In this document: in pieces, positions 24,037-39,100 of the stretch
How the letters are laid out: each line of letters begins with the position of its first letter
Numbering within the stretch: position 1 is the first letter of the stretch
Source: Eledone cirrhosa
Taxonomy: Eukaryota
Length of the DNA stretch: 42,000 nt
NCBI GenBank assembly: GCA_964016885.1
Contig: CAXHJY010000853.1
Coordinates: 1 to 42,000, forward strand
Direction of reading: 5' to 3'
Notes under the pieces: generated by a model
The model's database searches: none
What the model was told of the DNA's origin: nothing
The model's input: only the letters and a program-made list of their open reading frames with translations
Translations under genes and position numbers: made by a program

Positions 24037-27000
24037 TCACGCCACCCATAGCCAATGAGTGTCTGCACATGTATCAGTAATTACAGATCGATCCGACCAC
24101 AGGCGGCCGGCCCACGATCGAAAAGGTAACTCCGCCGGCAAATTCGCATTTTTGTGATTCGTTTCTTCGAAGCACACCATTCGCTGGTGGACTTCAGCTT
24201 CCGCATTTAGCATGGGCAGCTTTTCTGGAAAATCACACCACACACAGTCAATGAGTGTCTGCACATGTACCAGTAATTACAGATCGATCCGACCACGGGC
24301 GGCCGGCCCACGATCGAAAAGGTAACTCCGCCGGCAAATTCGCATTTTTGTGATTCGTTTCTTCGAAGCACACCATTCGCCGGCGGACTTTGTTGACGTT
24401 TAACACGGTTTGGTTCCACAGCCACAACTATTGATTTTACGGAGATATCTTGCTGAAATTCACGCCGCACATAGCCAATGAGTGTCTGCACATGTACCAG
24501 TAATTATAGATCGATCCGACCACGGGCGGCCGGCCCGCGATTGAAAAGGTAACTCCGCCGGCAAATCGTCATTTTTGGATTCGTTTTCTTCGAAGCACAC
24601 CATTCGCCGGCGGACTTTGTTGACGTTTAACACGGTTTGGTTCCACAGCCACAACTATTGAATTTACGGAGATATCTTGCTGAAATTCACGCCACACATA
24701 GCCAATGAGTGTCTGCACATGTACCAGTAATTACAGATCGATCCGAGCACGGGCGGCCGGCCCGCGATTGAAAAGGTAACTCCGCCGGCAAATCGTCATT
24801 TTTGGATTCGTTTTCTTCGAAGCACACCATTCGCCGGCGGACTTCAGCTTCCGCATTTAGCATGGGCAGCTTTTCTTGAAAATCACACCACACACAGCAA
24901 ATGTGTGTCTGCACATGGACCAGTAATTACAGATCGATCCGACCACAGGCGGCCGGCCCACGATCGAAAAGGTAACTCCGCCGGCAAATTCGCATTTTTG
25001 TGATTCGTTTCTTCGAAGCACACCATTCGCTGGTGGACTTCAGCTTCCGCATTTAGCATGGGCAGCTTTTTTTGCAAATCACACCACACACGGCAAATGT
25101 GTGTCTGCACATGGACCAGTAATTACAGATCGATCCGACCAGAGGCGGCCGGCCCACGATCGAAAAGGTAACTCCGCCGGCAAATTCGCATTTTTGTGAT
25201 TCGTTTCTTCGAAGCACACCATTCGCTGGTGGACTTCAGCTTCCGCATTTAGCATGGGCAACTTTTCTTGAAAATCACACCACACACAGTCAATGAGTGT
25301 CTGCACATGGACCAGTAATTACAGATCGATCCGACCACGGGCGGCCGGCCCGCGATTGAAAAGGTAACTCCGCCGGCAAATCGTCATTTTTGGATTCGTT
25401 TTCTTCGAAGCACACCATTCGCCGGCGGACTTTGTTGACGTTTAACACGGTTTGGTTCCACAGCCACAACTATTGATGTTACGGAGCTATCTTGCTGAAA
25501 TTCACGCCGCACATAGCCAATGAGTGTCTGCACATGTACCAGTAATTACAGATCGATCCGATCACGGGCGGCCGGCCCGCGATTGAAAAGGTAACTCCGC
25601 CGGCAAATCGTCATTTTTGGATTCGTTTTCTTCGAAGCACACCATTCGCCGGCGGACTTTGTTGACGTTTAACACGGTTTGGTTCCACAGCCACAACTAT
25701 TGATTTTACGGAGATATCTTGCTGAAATTCACGCCGCACATAGCCAATGAGTGTCTGCACATGTACCAGTAATTACAGATCGATCCGACCACGGGCGGCC
25801 GGCCCGCGATTGAAAAGGTAACTCCGCCGGCAAATCGTCATTTTTGGATTCGTTTTCTTCGAAGCACACCATTCGCCGGCGGACTTTGTTGACGTTTAAC
25901 ACGGTTTGGTTCCACAGCCACAACTATTGATTTTACGGAGATATCTTGCTGAAATTCACGCCACACATAGCCAATGTGTGTCTGCACATGTACCAGTAAT
26001 TACAGATCGATCCGATCACGGGCGGCCGGCCCGCGATTGAAAAGGTAACTCCGCCGGCAAATCGTCATTTTTGGATTCGTTTTCTTCGAAGCACACCATT
26101 CGCCGGCGGACTTTGTTGACGTTTAACACGGTTTGGTTCCACAGCCACAACTATTGAATTTACGGAGATATCTTGCTGAAACTCACGCCACCCATAGCCA
26201 ATGAGTGTCTGCACATGTACCAGTAATTACAGATCGATCCGACCACAGGCGGCCGGCCCACGATCGAAAAGGTAACTCCGCCGGCAAATTCGCATTTTTG
26301 TGATTCGTTTCTTCGAAGCACACCATTCGCTGGTGGACTTCAGCTTCCGCATTTAGCATGGGCAGCTTTTCTGGAAAATCACACCACACACAGTCAATGA
26401 GTGTCTGCACATGTACCAGTAATTACAGATCGATCCGACCACGGGCGGCCGGCCCACGATCGAAAAGGTAACTCCGCCGGCAAATTCGCATTTTTGTGAT
26501 TCGTTTCTTCGAAGCACACCATTCGCCGGCGGACTTTGTTGACGTTTAACACGGTTTGGTTCCACAGCCACAACTATTGATTTTACGGAGATATCTTGCT
26601 GAAATTCACGCCGCACATAGCCAATGAGTGTCTGCACATGTACCAGTAATTATAGATCGATCCGACCACGGGCGGCCGGCCCGCGATTGAAAAGGTAACT
26701 CCGCCGGCAAATCGTCATTTTTGGATTCGTTTTCTTCGAAGCACACCATTCGCCGGCGGACTTCAGCTTCCGCATTTAGCATGGGCAGCTTTTCTTGAAA
26801 ATCACACCACACACAGCAAATGTGTGTCTGCACATGGACCAGTAATTACAGATCGATCCGACCACAGGCGGCCGGCCCACGATCGAAAAGGTAACTCCGC
26901 CGGCAAATTCGCATTTTTGTGATTCGTTTCTTCGAAGCACACCATTCGCTGGTGGACTTCAGCTTCCGCATTTAGCATGGGCAGCTTTTTTTGCAAATCA

Positions 27001-27647
27001 CACCACACACGGCAAATGTGTGTCTGCACATGGACCAGTAATTACAGATCGATCCGACCAGAGGCGGCCGGCCCACGATCGAAAAGGTAACTCCGCCGGC
27101 AAATTCGCATTTTTGTGATTCGTTTCTTCGAAGCACACCATTCGCTGGTGGACTTCAGCTTCCGCATTTAGCATGGGCAACTTTTCTTGAAAATCACACC
27201 ACACACAGTCAATGAGTGTCTGCACATGGACCAGTAATTACAGATCGATCCGACCACGGGCGGCCGGCCCGCGATTGAAAAGGTAACTCCGCCGGCAAAT
27301 CGTCATTTTTGGATTCGTTTTCTTCGAAGCACACCATTCGCCGGCGGACTTTGTTGACGTTTAACACGGTTTGGTTCCACAGCCACAACTATTGATGTTA
27401 CGGAGCTATCTTGCTGAAATTCACGCCGCACATAGCCAATGAGTGTCTGCACATGTACCAGTAATTACAGATCGATCCGATCACGGGCGGCCGGCCCGCG
27501 ATTGAAAAGGTAACTCCGCCGGCAAATCGTCATTTTTGGATTCGTTTTCTTCGAAGCACACCATTCGCCGGCGGACTTTGTTGACGTTTAACACGGTTTG
27601 GTTCCACAGCCACAACTATTGATTTTACGGAGATATCTTGCTGAAAT
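24037..27647. repeat. Higher-order repeat 3: two imperfect copies (offsets 2146 and 1919 bp)
   Basis: GAAACTCACGCCACCC module at 24037 and 26183 (+2146). S3 blocks at 24687 and 26606, and monomers 25079/26998 (+1919, one L fewer). Confidence 0.8.
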
Positions 27648-30600
27648 TCACGCCGCACATAGCCAATGAGTGTCTGCACATGTACCAGTAATTACAGATC
27701 GATCCGACCACAGGCGGCCGGCCCACGATCGAAAAGGTAACTCCGCCGGCAAATTCGCATTTTTGTGATTCGTTTCTTCGAAGCACACCATTCGCTGGTG
27801 GACTTCAGCTTCCGCATTTAGCATGGGCAGCTTTTCTGGAAAATCACACCACACACAGTCAATGAGTGTCTGCACATGTACCAGTAATTACAGATCGATC
27901 CGACCACGGGCGGCCGGCCCACGATCGAAAAGGTAACTCCGCCGGCAAATTCGCATTTTTGTGATTCGTTTCTTCGAAGCACACCATTCGCTGGTGGACT
28001 TCAGCTTCCGCATTTAGCATGGGCAACTTTTCTTGAAAATCACACCACACACAGGCAATGAGTGTCTGCACATGTACCAGTAATTACAAATCGATCCGAC
28101 CACGGGCGGCCGGCCACGATCGAAAAGGTAACTCCGCCGGCAAATTCGCATTTTTGTGATTCGTTTCTTCGAAGCACACCATTCGCTGATGGACTTCAGC
28201 TTCCGCATTTAGCATGGGCAGCTTTTCTTGAACATCACACCACACACAGCCAATGAGTGTCTGCACATATAGCAGTAATTACAGATCGATCCGACCACGG
28301 GCGGCCGGCCCACGATCGAAAAGGTAACTCCGCCGGCAAATTCGCATTTTTGTGATTCGTTTCTTCGAAGCACACCATTCGCTGGTGGACTTCAGCTTCC
28401 TCATTTAGCATGGGCAGCTTTTCTTGAAAATCACACCACACACAGCAAATTTGTGTTTGCACATGGACCAGTAATTACAGATCGATCCGACCATAGGCGG
28501 CCGGCCCACGATCGAAAAGGTAACTCCGCCGGCAAATTCGCATTTTTGTGATTCGTTTCTTCGAAGCACACCATTCGCTGGTGGACTTCAGCTTCCGCAT
28601 TTAGCATGGGCAACCTTTCTTGAAAATGACACCACACACAGGCAATGAGTGTCTGCACATGTACCAGTAATTACAAATCGATCCGACCACGGGCGGCCGG
28701 CCAGGATCGAAAAGGTAACTCCGCCGGCAAATTCGCATTTTTGTGATTCGTTTCTTCGAAGCACACCATTCGCTGGTGGACTTCAGCTTCCTCATTTAGC
28801 ATGGGCAGCTTTTCTTGAACATCACACCACACACAGCCAATGAGTGTCTGCACATATACCAGTAATTACAGATCGATCCGACCACGGGCGGCCAGCCCAC
28901 GATCGAAAAGGTAACTCCGCCGGCAAATTCGCATTTTTGTGATTCGTTTCTTCGAAGCACACCATTCGCTGGTGGACTTCAGCTTCCGCATTTAGCATGG
29001 GCAACTTTTCTTGAAAATCACACCACACACAGGCAATGAGTGTCTGCACATGTACGAGTAATTACAAATCGATCCGACCACGGGCGGCCGGCCACGATCG
29101 AAAAGGTAACTCCGCCGGCAAATTCGCATTTTTGTGATTCGTTTCTTCGAAGCACACCATTCGCTGGTGGACTTCAGCTTCCGCATTTAGCATGGGCAGC
29201 TTTTTTTGCAAATCACACCACACACGGCAAATGTGTGTCTGCACATGGACCAGTAATTACAGATCGATCCGACCAGAGGCGGCCGGCCCACGATCGAAAA
29301 GGTAACTCCGCCGGCAAATTCGCATTTTTGTGATTCGTTTCTTCGAAGCACACCATTCGCTGGTGGACTTCAGCTTCCGCATTTAGCATGGGCAACTTTT
29401 CTTGAAAATCACACCACACACAGTCAATGAGTGTCTGCACATGGACCAGTAATTACAGATCGATCCGACCACGGGCGGCCGGCCCGCGATTGAAAAGGTA
29501 ACTCCGCCGGCAAATCGTCATTTTTGGATTCGTTTTCTTCGAAGCACACCATTCGCCGGCGGACTTTGTTGACGTTTAACACGGTTTGGTTCCACAGCCA
29601 CAACTATTGATGTTACGGAGCTATCTTGCTGAAATTCACGCCGCACATAGCCAATGAGTGTCTGCACATGTACCAGTAACTACAGATCGATCCGATCACG
29701 GGCGGCCGGCCCGCGATTGAAAAGGTAACTCCGCCGGCAAATCGTCATTTTTGGATTCGTTTTCTTCGAAGCACACCATTCGCCGGCGGACTTTGTTGAC
29801 GTTTAACACGGTTTGGTTCCACAGCCACAACTATTGATTTTACGGATATATCTTGGTGAAATTCACGCCGCACATAGCCAATGAGTGTCTGCACATGTAC
29901 CAGTAATTACAGATCGATCCGACCACGGGCGGCCGGCCCGCGATTGAAAAGGTAACTCCGCCGGCAAATCGTCATTTTTGGATTCGTTTTCTTCGAAGCA
30001 CACCATTCGCCGGCGGACTTTGTTGACGTTTAACACGGTTTGGTTCCACAGCCACAACTATTGATTTTACGGAGATATCTTGCTGAAATTCACGCCACAC
30101 ATAGCCAATGTGTGTCTGCACATGTACCAGTAATTACAGATCGATCCGATCACGGGCGGCCGGCCCGCGATTGAAAAGGTAACTCCGCCGGCAAATCGTC
30201 ATTTTTGGATTCGTTTTCTTCGAAGCACACCATTCGCCGGCGGACTTTGTTGACGTTTAACACGGTTTGGTTCCACAGCCACAACTATTGATTTTACGGA
30301 GATATCTTGCTGAAATTCACGCCACACATAGCCAATGAGTGTCTGCACATGTACCAGTAATTACAGATCGATCCGACCACGGGCGGCCGGCCCGCGATTG
30401 AAAAGGTAACTCCGCAGGCAAATCGTCATATTTGGATTCGTTTTCTTCGAAGCACACCATTCGCCGGCGGACTTTGTTGACGTTTAACACGGTTTGGTTC
30501 CACAGCCACAACTATTGATGTTACGGAGATATCTTGCTGAAATTCACGCCGCACATAGCCAATGAGTGTCTGCATATGTACCAGTAATTACAGATCGATC

Positions 30601-33600
30601 CGACCACGGGCGGCCGGCCCGCGATTGAAAAGGTAACTCCGCCGGCAAATCGTCATTTTTGGATTCGTTTTCTTCGAAGCACACCATTCGCCGGCGGACT
30701 TTGTTGACGTTTAACACGGTTTGGTTCCACAGCCACAACTATTGAATTTACGGAGATATCTTGCTGAAACTCACGCCACCCATAGCCAATGAGTGTCTGC
30801 ACATGTACCAGTAATTACAGATCGATCCGACCACAGGCGGCCGGCCCACGATCGAAAAGGTAACTCCGCCGGCAAATTCGCATTTTTGTGATTCGTTTCT
30901 TCGAAGCACACCATTCGCTGGTGGACTTCAGCTTCCGCATTTAGCATGGGCAGCTTTTCTGGAAAATCACACCACACACAGTCAATGAGTGTCTGCACAT
31001 GTACCAGTAATTACAGATCGATCCGACCACGGGCGGCCGGCCCACGATCGAAAAGGTAACTCCGCCGGCAAATTCGCATTTTTGTGATTCGTTTCTTCGA
31101 AGCACACCATTCGCCGGCGGACTTTGTTGACGTTTAACACGGTTTGGTTCCACAGCCACAACTATTGAATTTACGGAGATATCTTGCTGAAATTCACGCC
31201 ACACATAGCCAATGAGTGTCTGCACATGTACCACTAATTACAGATCGATCCGAGCACGGGCGGCCGGCCCGCGATTGAAAAGGTAACTCCGCCGGCAAAT
31301 CGTCATTTTTGGATTCGTTTTCTTCGAAGCACACCATTCGCCGGCGGACTTCAGCTTCCGCATTTAGCATGGGCAGCTTTTTTTGCAAATCACACCACAC
31401 ACGGCAAATGTGTGTCTGCACATGGACCAGTAATTACAGATCGATCCGACCACGGGCGGCCGGCCCGCGATTGAAAAGGTAACTCCGCCGGCAAATCGTC
31501 ATTTTTGGATTCGTTTTCTTCGAAGCACACCATTCGCCGGCGGACTTTGTTGACGTTTAACACGGTTTGGTTCCACAGCCACAACTATTGATGTTACGGA
31601 GCTATCTTGCTGAAATTCACGCCGCACATAGCCAATGAGTGTCTGCACATGTACCAGTAATTACAGATCGATCCGATCACGGGCGGCCGGCCCGCGATTG
31701 AAAAGGTAACTCCGCCGGCAAATCGTCATTTTTGGATTCGTTTTCTTCGAAGCACACCATTCGCCGGCGGACTTTGTTGACGTTTAACACGGTTTGGTTC
31801 CACAGCCACAACTATTGATTTTACGGAGATATCTTGCTGAAATTCACGCCGCACATAGCCAATGAGTGTCTGCACATGTACCAGTAATTACAAATCGATC
31901 CGACCACGGGCGGCCGGCCACGATCGAAAAGGTAACTCCGCCGGCAAATTCGCATTTTTGTGATTCGTTTCTTCGAAGCACACCATTCGCTGATGGACTT
32001 CAGCTTCCGCATTTAGCATGGGCAGCTTTTCTTGAACATCACACCACACACAGCCAATGAGTGTCTGCACATATAGCAGTAATTACAGATCGATCCGACC
32101 ACGGGCGGCCGGCCCACGATCGAAAAGGTAACTCCGCCGGCAAATTCGCATTTTTGTGATTCGTTTCTTCGAAGCACACCATTCGCTGGTGGACTTCAGC
32201 TTCCGCATTTAGCATGGGCAGCTTTTCTTGAAAATCACACCACACACAGCAAATTTGTGTTTGCACATGGACCAGTAATTACAGATCGATCCGACCATAG
32301 GCGGCCGGCCCACGATCGAAAAGGTAACTCCGCCGGCAAATTCGCATTTTTGTGATTCGTTTCTTCGAAGCACACCATTCGCTGGTGGACTTCAGCTTCC
32401 GCATTTAGCATGGGCAACTTTTCTTGAAAATCACACCACACACAGGCAATGAGTGTCTGCACATGTACCAGTAATTACAAATCGATCCGACCACGGGCGG
32501 CCGGCCAGGATCGAAAAGGTAACTCCGCCGGCAAATTCGCATTTTTGTGATTCGTTTCTTCGAAGCACACCATTCGCTGGTGGACTTCAGCTTCCTCATT
32601 TAGCATGGGCAGCTTTTCTTGAACATCACACCACACACAGCCAATGAGTGTCTGCACATATACCAGTAATTACAGATCGATCCGACCACGGGCGGCCAGC
32701 CCACGATCGAAAAGGTAACTCCGCCGGCAAATTCGCATTTTTGTGATTCGTTTCTTCGAAGCACACCATTCGCTGGTGGACTTCAGCTTCCGCATTTAGC
32801 ATGGGCAACTTTTCTTGAAAATCACACCACACACAGGCAATGAGTGTCTGCACATGTACGAGTAATTACAAATCGATCCGACCACGGGCGGCCGGCCACG
32901 ATCGAAAAGGTAACTCCGCCGGCAAATTCGCATTTTTGTGATTCGTTTCTTCGAAGCACACCATTCGCTGGTGGACTTCAGCTTCCTCATTTAGCATGGG
33001 CAGCTTTTCTTGAAAATCACACCACACACAGCCAATGAGTGTCTGCACATATACCAGTAATTACAGATCGATCCGACCACGGGCGGCCGGCCCACGATCG
33101 AAAAGGTAACTCCGCCGGCAAATTCGCATTTTTGTGATTCGTTTCTTCGAAGCACACCATTCGCTGGTGGACTTCAGCTTCCGCATTTAGCATGGGCAGC
33201 TTTTTTTGCAAATCACACCACACACGGCAAATGTGTGTCTGCACATGGACCAGTAATTACAGATCGATCCGACCAGAGGCGGCCGGCCCACGATCGAAAA
33301 GGTAACTCCGCCGGCAAATTCGCATTTTTGTGATTCGTTTCTTCGAAGCACACCATTCGCTGGTGGACTTCAGCTTCCGCATTTAGCATGGGCAACTTTT
33401 CTTGAAAATCACACCACACACAGTCAATGAGTGTCTGCACATGGACCAGTAATTACAGATCGATCCGACCACGGGCGGCCGGCCCGCGATTGAAAAGGTA
33501 ACTCCGCCGGCAAATCGTCATTTTTGGATTCGTTTTCTTCGAAGCACACCATTCGCCGGCGGACTTTGTTGACGTTTAACACGGTTTGGTTCCACAGCCA

Positions 33601-36140
33601 CAACTATTGATGTTACGGAGCTATCTTGCTGAAATTCACGCCGCACATAGCCAATGAGTGTCTGCACATCTACCAGTAATTACAGATCGATCCGATCACG
33701 GGCGGCCGGCCCGCGATTGAAAAGGTAACTCCGCCGGCAAATCGTCATTTTTGGATTCGTTTTCTTCGAAGCACACCATTCGCCGGCGGACTTTGTTGAC
33801 GTTTAACACGGTTTGGTTCCACAGCCACAACTATTGATTTTACGGATATATCTTGGTGAAATTCACGCCGCACATAGCCAATGAGTGTCTGCACATGTAC
33901 CAGTAATTACAGATCGATCCGACCACGGGCGGCCGGCCCGCGATTGAAAAGGTAACTCCGCCGGCAAATCGTCATTTTTGGATTCGTTTTCTTCGAAGCA
34001 CACCATTCGCCGGCGGACTTTGTTGACGTTTAACACGGTTTGGTTCCACAGCCACAACTATTGATTTTACGGAGATATCTTGCTGAAATTCACGCCACAC
34101 ATAGCCAATGTGTGTCTGCACATGTACCAGTAATTACAGATCGATCCGATCACGGGCGGCCGGCCCGCGATTGAAAAGGTAACTCCGCCGGCAAATCGTC
34201 ATTTTTGGATTCGTTTTCTTCGAAGCACACCATTCGCCGGCGGACTTTGTTGACGTTTAACACGGTTTGGTTCCACAGCCACAACTATTGATTTTACGGA
34301 GATATCTTGCTGAAATTCACGCCACACATAGCCAATGAGTGTCTGCACATGTACCAGTAATTACAGATCGATCCGACCACGGGCGGCCGGCCCGCGATTG
34401 AAAAGGTAACTCCGCCGGCAAATCGTCATATTTGGATTCGTTTTCTTCGAAGCACACCATTCGCCGGCGGACTTTGTTGACGTTTAACACGGTTTGGTTC
34501 CACAGCCACAACTATTGATGTTACGGAGATATCTTGCTGAAGTTCACGCCGCACATAGCCAATGAGTGTCTGCACATGTACCAGTAATTACAGATCGATC
34601 CGACCACGGGCGGCCGGCCCGCGATTGAAAAGGTAACTCCGCCGGCAAATCGTCATTTTTGGATTCGTTTTCTTCGAAGCACACCATTCGCCGGCGGACT
34701 TTGTTGACGTTTAACACGGTTTGGTTCCACAGCCACAACTATTGAATTTACGGAGATATCTTGCTGAAACTCACGCCACCCATAGCCAATGAGTGTCTGC
34801 ACATGTACCAGTAATTACAGATCGATCCGACCACAGGCGGCCGGCCCACGATCGAAAAGGTAACTCCGCCGGCAAATTCGCATTTTTGTGATTCGTTTCT
34901 TCGAAGCACACCATTCGCTGGTGGACTTCAGCTTCCGCATTTAGCATGGGCAGCTTTTCTGGAAAATCACACCACACACAGTCAATGAGTGTCTGCACAT
35001 GTACCAGTAATTACAGATCGATCCGACCACGGGCGGCCGGCCCACGATCGAAAAGGTAACTCCGCCGGCAAATTCGCATTTTTGTGATTCGTTTCTTCGA
35101 AGCACACCATTCGCTGGTGGACTTCAGCTTCCGCATTTAGCATGGGCAACTTTTCTTGAAAATCACACCACACACAGGCAATGAGTGTCTGCACATGTAC
35201 CAGTAATTACAAATCGATCCGACCACGGGCGGCCGGCCACGATCGAAAAGGTAACTCCGCCGGCAAATTCGCATTTTTGTGATTCGTTTCTTCGAAGCAC
35301 ACCATTCGCTGATGGACTTCAGCTTCCGCATTTAGCATGGGCAGCTTTTCTTGAACATCACACCACACACAGCCAATGAGTGTCTGCACATATAGCAGTA
35401 ATTACAGATCGATCCGACCACGGGCGGCCGGCCCACGATCGAAAAGGTAACTCCGCCGGCAAATTCGCATTTTTGTGATTCGTTTCTTCGAAGCACACCA
35501 TTCGCTGGTGGACTTGAGCTTCCGCATTTAGCATGGGCAGCTTTTCTTGAAAATCACACCACACACAGCAAATGTGTGTCTGCACATGGACCAGTAATTA
35601 CAGATCGATCCGACCATAGGCGGCCGGCCCACGATCGAAAAGGTAACTCCGCCGGCAAATTCGCATTTTTGTGATTCGTTTCTTCGAAGCACACCATTCG
35701 CTGGTGGACTTCAGCTTCCGCATTTAGCATGGGCAACTTTTCTTGAAAATCACACCACACACAGGCAATGAGTGTCTGCACATGTACCAGTAATTACAAA
35801 TCGATCCGACCACGGGCGGCCGGCCAGGATCGAAAAGGTAACTCCGCCGGCAAATTCGCATTTTTGTGATTCGTTTCTTCGAAGCACACCATTCGCTGGT
35901 GGACTTCAGCTTCCTCATTTAGCATGGGCAGCTTTTCTTGAACATCACACCACACACAGCCAATGAGTGTCTGCACATATACCAGTAATTACAGATCGAT
36001 CCGACCACGGGCGGCCAGCCCACGATCGAAAAGGTAACTCCGCCGGCAAATTCGCATTTTTGTGATTCGTTTCTTCGAAGCACACCATTCGCTGGTGGAC
36101 TTCAGCTTCCGCATTTAGCATGGGCAACTTTTCTTGAAAA
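27648..36140. repeat. Higher-order repeat 4: ~3.8-4.0 kb imperfect unit, two copies plus part of a third
   Basis: Exact +4000 offsets at 29213/33213, 29863/33863, 30317/34317 and 30771/34771. The S series with CGCTGATGG, TAGCAGT, GCCAGGATCG and GGCCAGCCC recurs at 28040, 31844 and 35163. Confidence 0.85.
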
Positions 36141-39100
36141 TCACACCACACACAGGCAATGAGTGTCTGCACATGGACCAGTAATTACAGATCGATCCGA
36201 CCAAAGGCGGCGGGCCCACGATCGAAAAGGTAACTCCGCCGGTAAATAGTCATTTTTGTGATTCGTTTTCTTCGAAGCACACCATTCGCCGCCGGACTTC
36301 AGCTTCCTCATTTAGCATGGGCAGTTTTTCTTGAAAATCACACCACACACAGCAAATCTGTGTCTGCACATATGCCAGTAATTACAGATCGATCCGACCA
36401 CAGGCGGCCGGCCCACGATCGAAAAGGTAACTCCGCCGGTAAATAGGCATTTTTGTGATTCGTTTCTTCGAAGCACACCATTAACTGGTGGACTTCAGCT
36501 TCCGCATTTAGCATGGGCAGCTTTTCTTGAAAATCACAACACACACAGCCAATGAGTGTCTGCACATATACCAGTAATTACAGATCGATCCGCCCACGGG
36601 CGGCCGGCCCACGATCGAAAAGGTAACTCCGCCGGCAAATTCGCATTTTTGTGATTCGTTTCTTCGAAGCACACCATTCGCTGGTGGACTTCAGCTTCCG
36701 CATTTAGCATGGGCAGCTTTTCTTGAAAATCACACCACACACAGCAAATGTGTGTTTGCACATGGACCAGTAATTACAGATCGATCCGACCATAGGCGGC
36801 CGGCCCACGATCGAAAAGGTAACTCCGCCGGCAAATTCGCATTTTTGTGATTCGTTTCTTCGAAGCACACCATTCGCTGGTGGACTTCAGCTTCCGCATT
36901 TAGCATGGGCAGCTTTTCTTGAAAATCACACCACACACAGCAAATTTGTGTTTGCACATGGACCAGTAATTACAGATCGATCCGACCATAGGCGGCCGGC
37001 CCACGATCGAAAAGGTAACTCCGCCGGCAAATTCGCATTTTTGTGATTCGTTTCTTCGAAGCACACCATTCGCTGGTGGACTTCAGCTTCCGCATTTAGC
37101 ATGGGCAACTTTTCTTCAAAATCACACCACACACAGGCAATGAGTGTCTGCACATGTACCAGTAATTACAAATCGATCCGACCACGGGCGGCCGGCCACG
37201 ATCGAAAAGGTAACTCCGCCGGCAAATTCGCATTTTTGTGATTCGTTTCTTCGAAGCACACCATTCGCTGGTGGACTTCAGCTTCCTCATTTAGCATGGG
37301 CAGCTTTTCTTGAACATCACACCACACACAGCCAATGAGTGTCTGCACATATACCAGTAATTACAGATCGATCCGACCACGGGCGGCCGGCCCACGATCG
37401 AAAAGGTAACTCCGCCGGCAAATTCGCATTTTTGTGATTCGTTTCTTCGAAGCACACCATTCGCTGGTGGACTTCAGCTTCCGCATTTAGCATGGGCAAC
37501 TTTTCTTGAAAATCACACCACACACAGGCAATGAGTGTCTGCACATGTACCAGTAATTACAAATCGATCCGACCACGGGCGGCCGGCCACGATCGAAAAG
37601 GTAACTCCGCCGGCAAATTCGCATTTTTGTGATTCGTTTCTTCGAAGCACACCATTCGCTGTTGGAATTCAGCTTCCTCATTTAGCATGGGCAGCTTTTC
37701 TTGAAAATCACACCATACACAGCCAATGAGTGTATGCACATATACCAGTAATTACAGATCGATCCGACCACGGGCGGCCGGCCCACGATCGAAAAGGTAA
37801 CTCCGCCGGCAAATTCGCATTTTTGTGATTCGTTTCTTCGAAGCACACCATTCGCTGGTGGACTTCAGCTTCCGCATTTAGCATGGGCAGCTTTTCTTGA
37901 ACATCACACCACACACAGCCAATGAGTGTCTCCACATATACCAGTAATTACAGATCGATCCGACCACGGGCGGCCGGCCCACGATCGAAAAGGTAACTCC
38001 GCCGGCAAATTCGCATTTTTGTGATTCGTTTCTTCGAAGCACACCATTCGCTGGTAGACTTCAGCTTCCGCATTTAGCATGGGCAGCGTTTCTTGAAAAT
38101 CACACCACACACAGTCAATGAGTGTCTGCACATATACCAGTAATTACAGATCGATCCGACCAGAGGCGGCCGGCCCACGATCGAAAAGGTAACTCCGCCG
38201 GTAAATAGTCATTTTTGTGATTCGTTTTCTTCGAAGCACACCATTCGCCACCGGACTTCAGCTTCCTCATTTAGCATGGGCAGTTTTTCTTGAACATCAC
38301 ACCACACACAGCCAATGAGTGTCTGCACATATACCAGTAATTACAGATCGATCCGACCACGGGCGGCCGGCCCACGATCGAAAAGGTAACTCCGCCGGCA
38401 AATTCGCATTTTTGTGATTCGTTTCTTCGAAGCACACCATTCGCTGGTGGACTTCAGCTTCCGCATTTAGCATGGGCAGCTTTTCTTGAAAATCACACCA
38501 CACACAGCAAATGTGTGTCTGCACATGGACCAGTAATTACAGATCGATCCGACCATAGGCGGCCGGCCCACGATCGAAAAGGTAACTCCGCCGGCAAATT
38601 CGCATTTTTGTGATTCGTTTCTTCGAAGCACACCATTCGCTGGTGGACTTCAGCTTCCGCATTTAGCATGGGCAGCTTTTCTTGAAAATCACACCACACA
38701 CAGCAAATTTGTGTTTGCACATGGACCAGTAATTACAGATCGATCCGACCATAGGCGGCCGGCCCACGATCGAAAAGGTAACTCCGCCGGCAAATTCGCA
38801 TTTTTGTGATTCGTTTCTTCGAAGCACACCATTCGCTGGTGGACTTCAGCTTCCGCATTTAGCATGGGCAACTTTTCTTGAAAATCACACCACACACAGG
38901 CAATGAGTGTCTGCACATGTACCAGTAATTACAAATCGATCCGACCACGGGCGGCCGGCCACGATCGAAAAGGTAACTCCGCCGGCAAATTCGCATTTTT
39001 GTGATTCGTTTCTTCGAAGCACACCATTCGCTGGTGGACTTCAGCTTCCTCATTTAGCATGGGCAGCTTTTCTTGAACATCACACCACACACAGCCAATG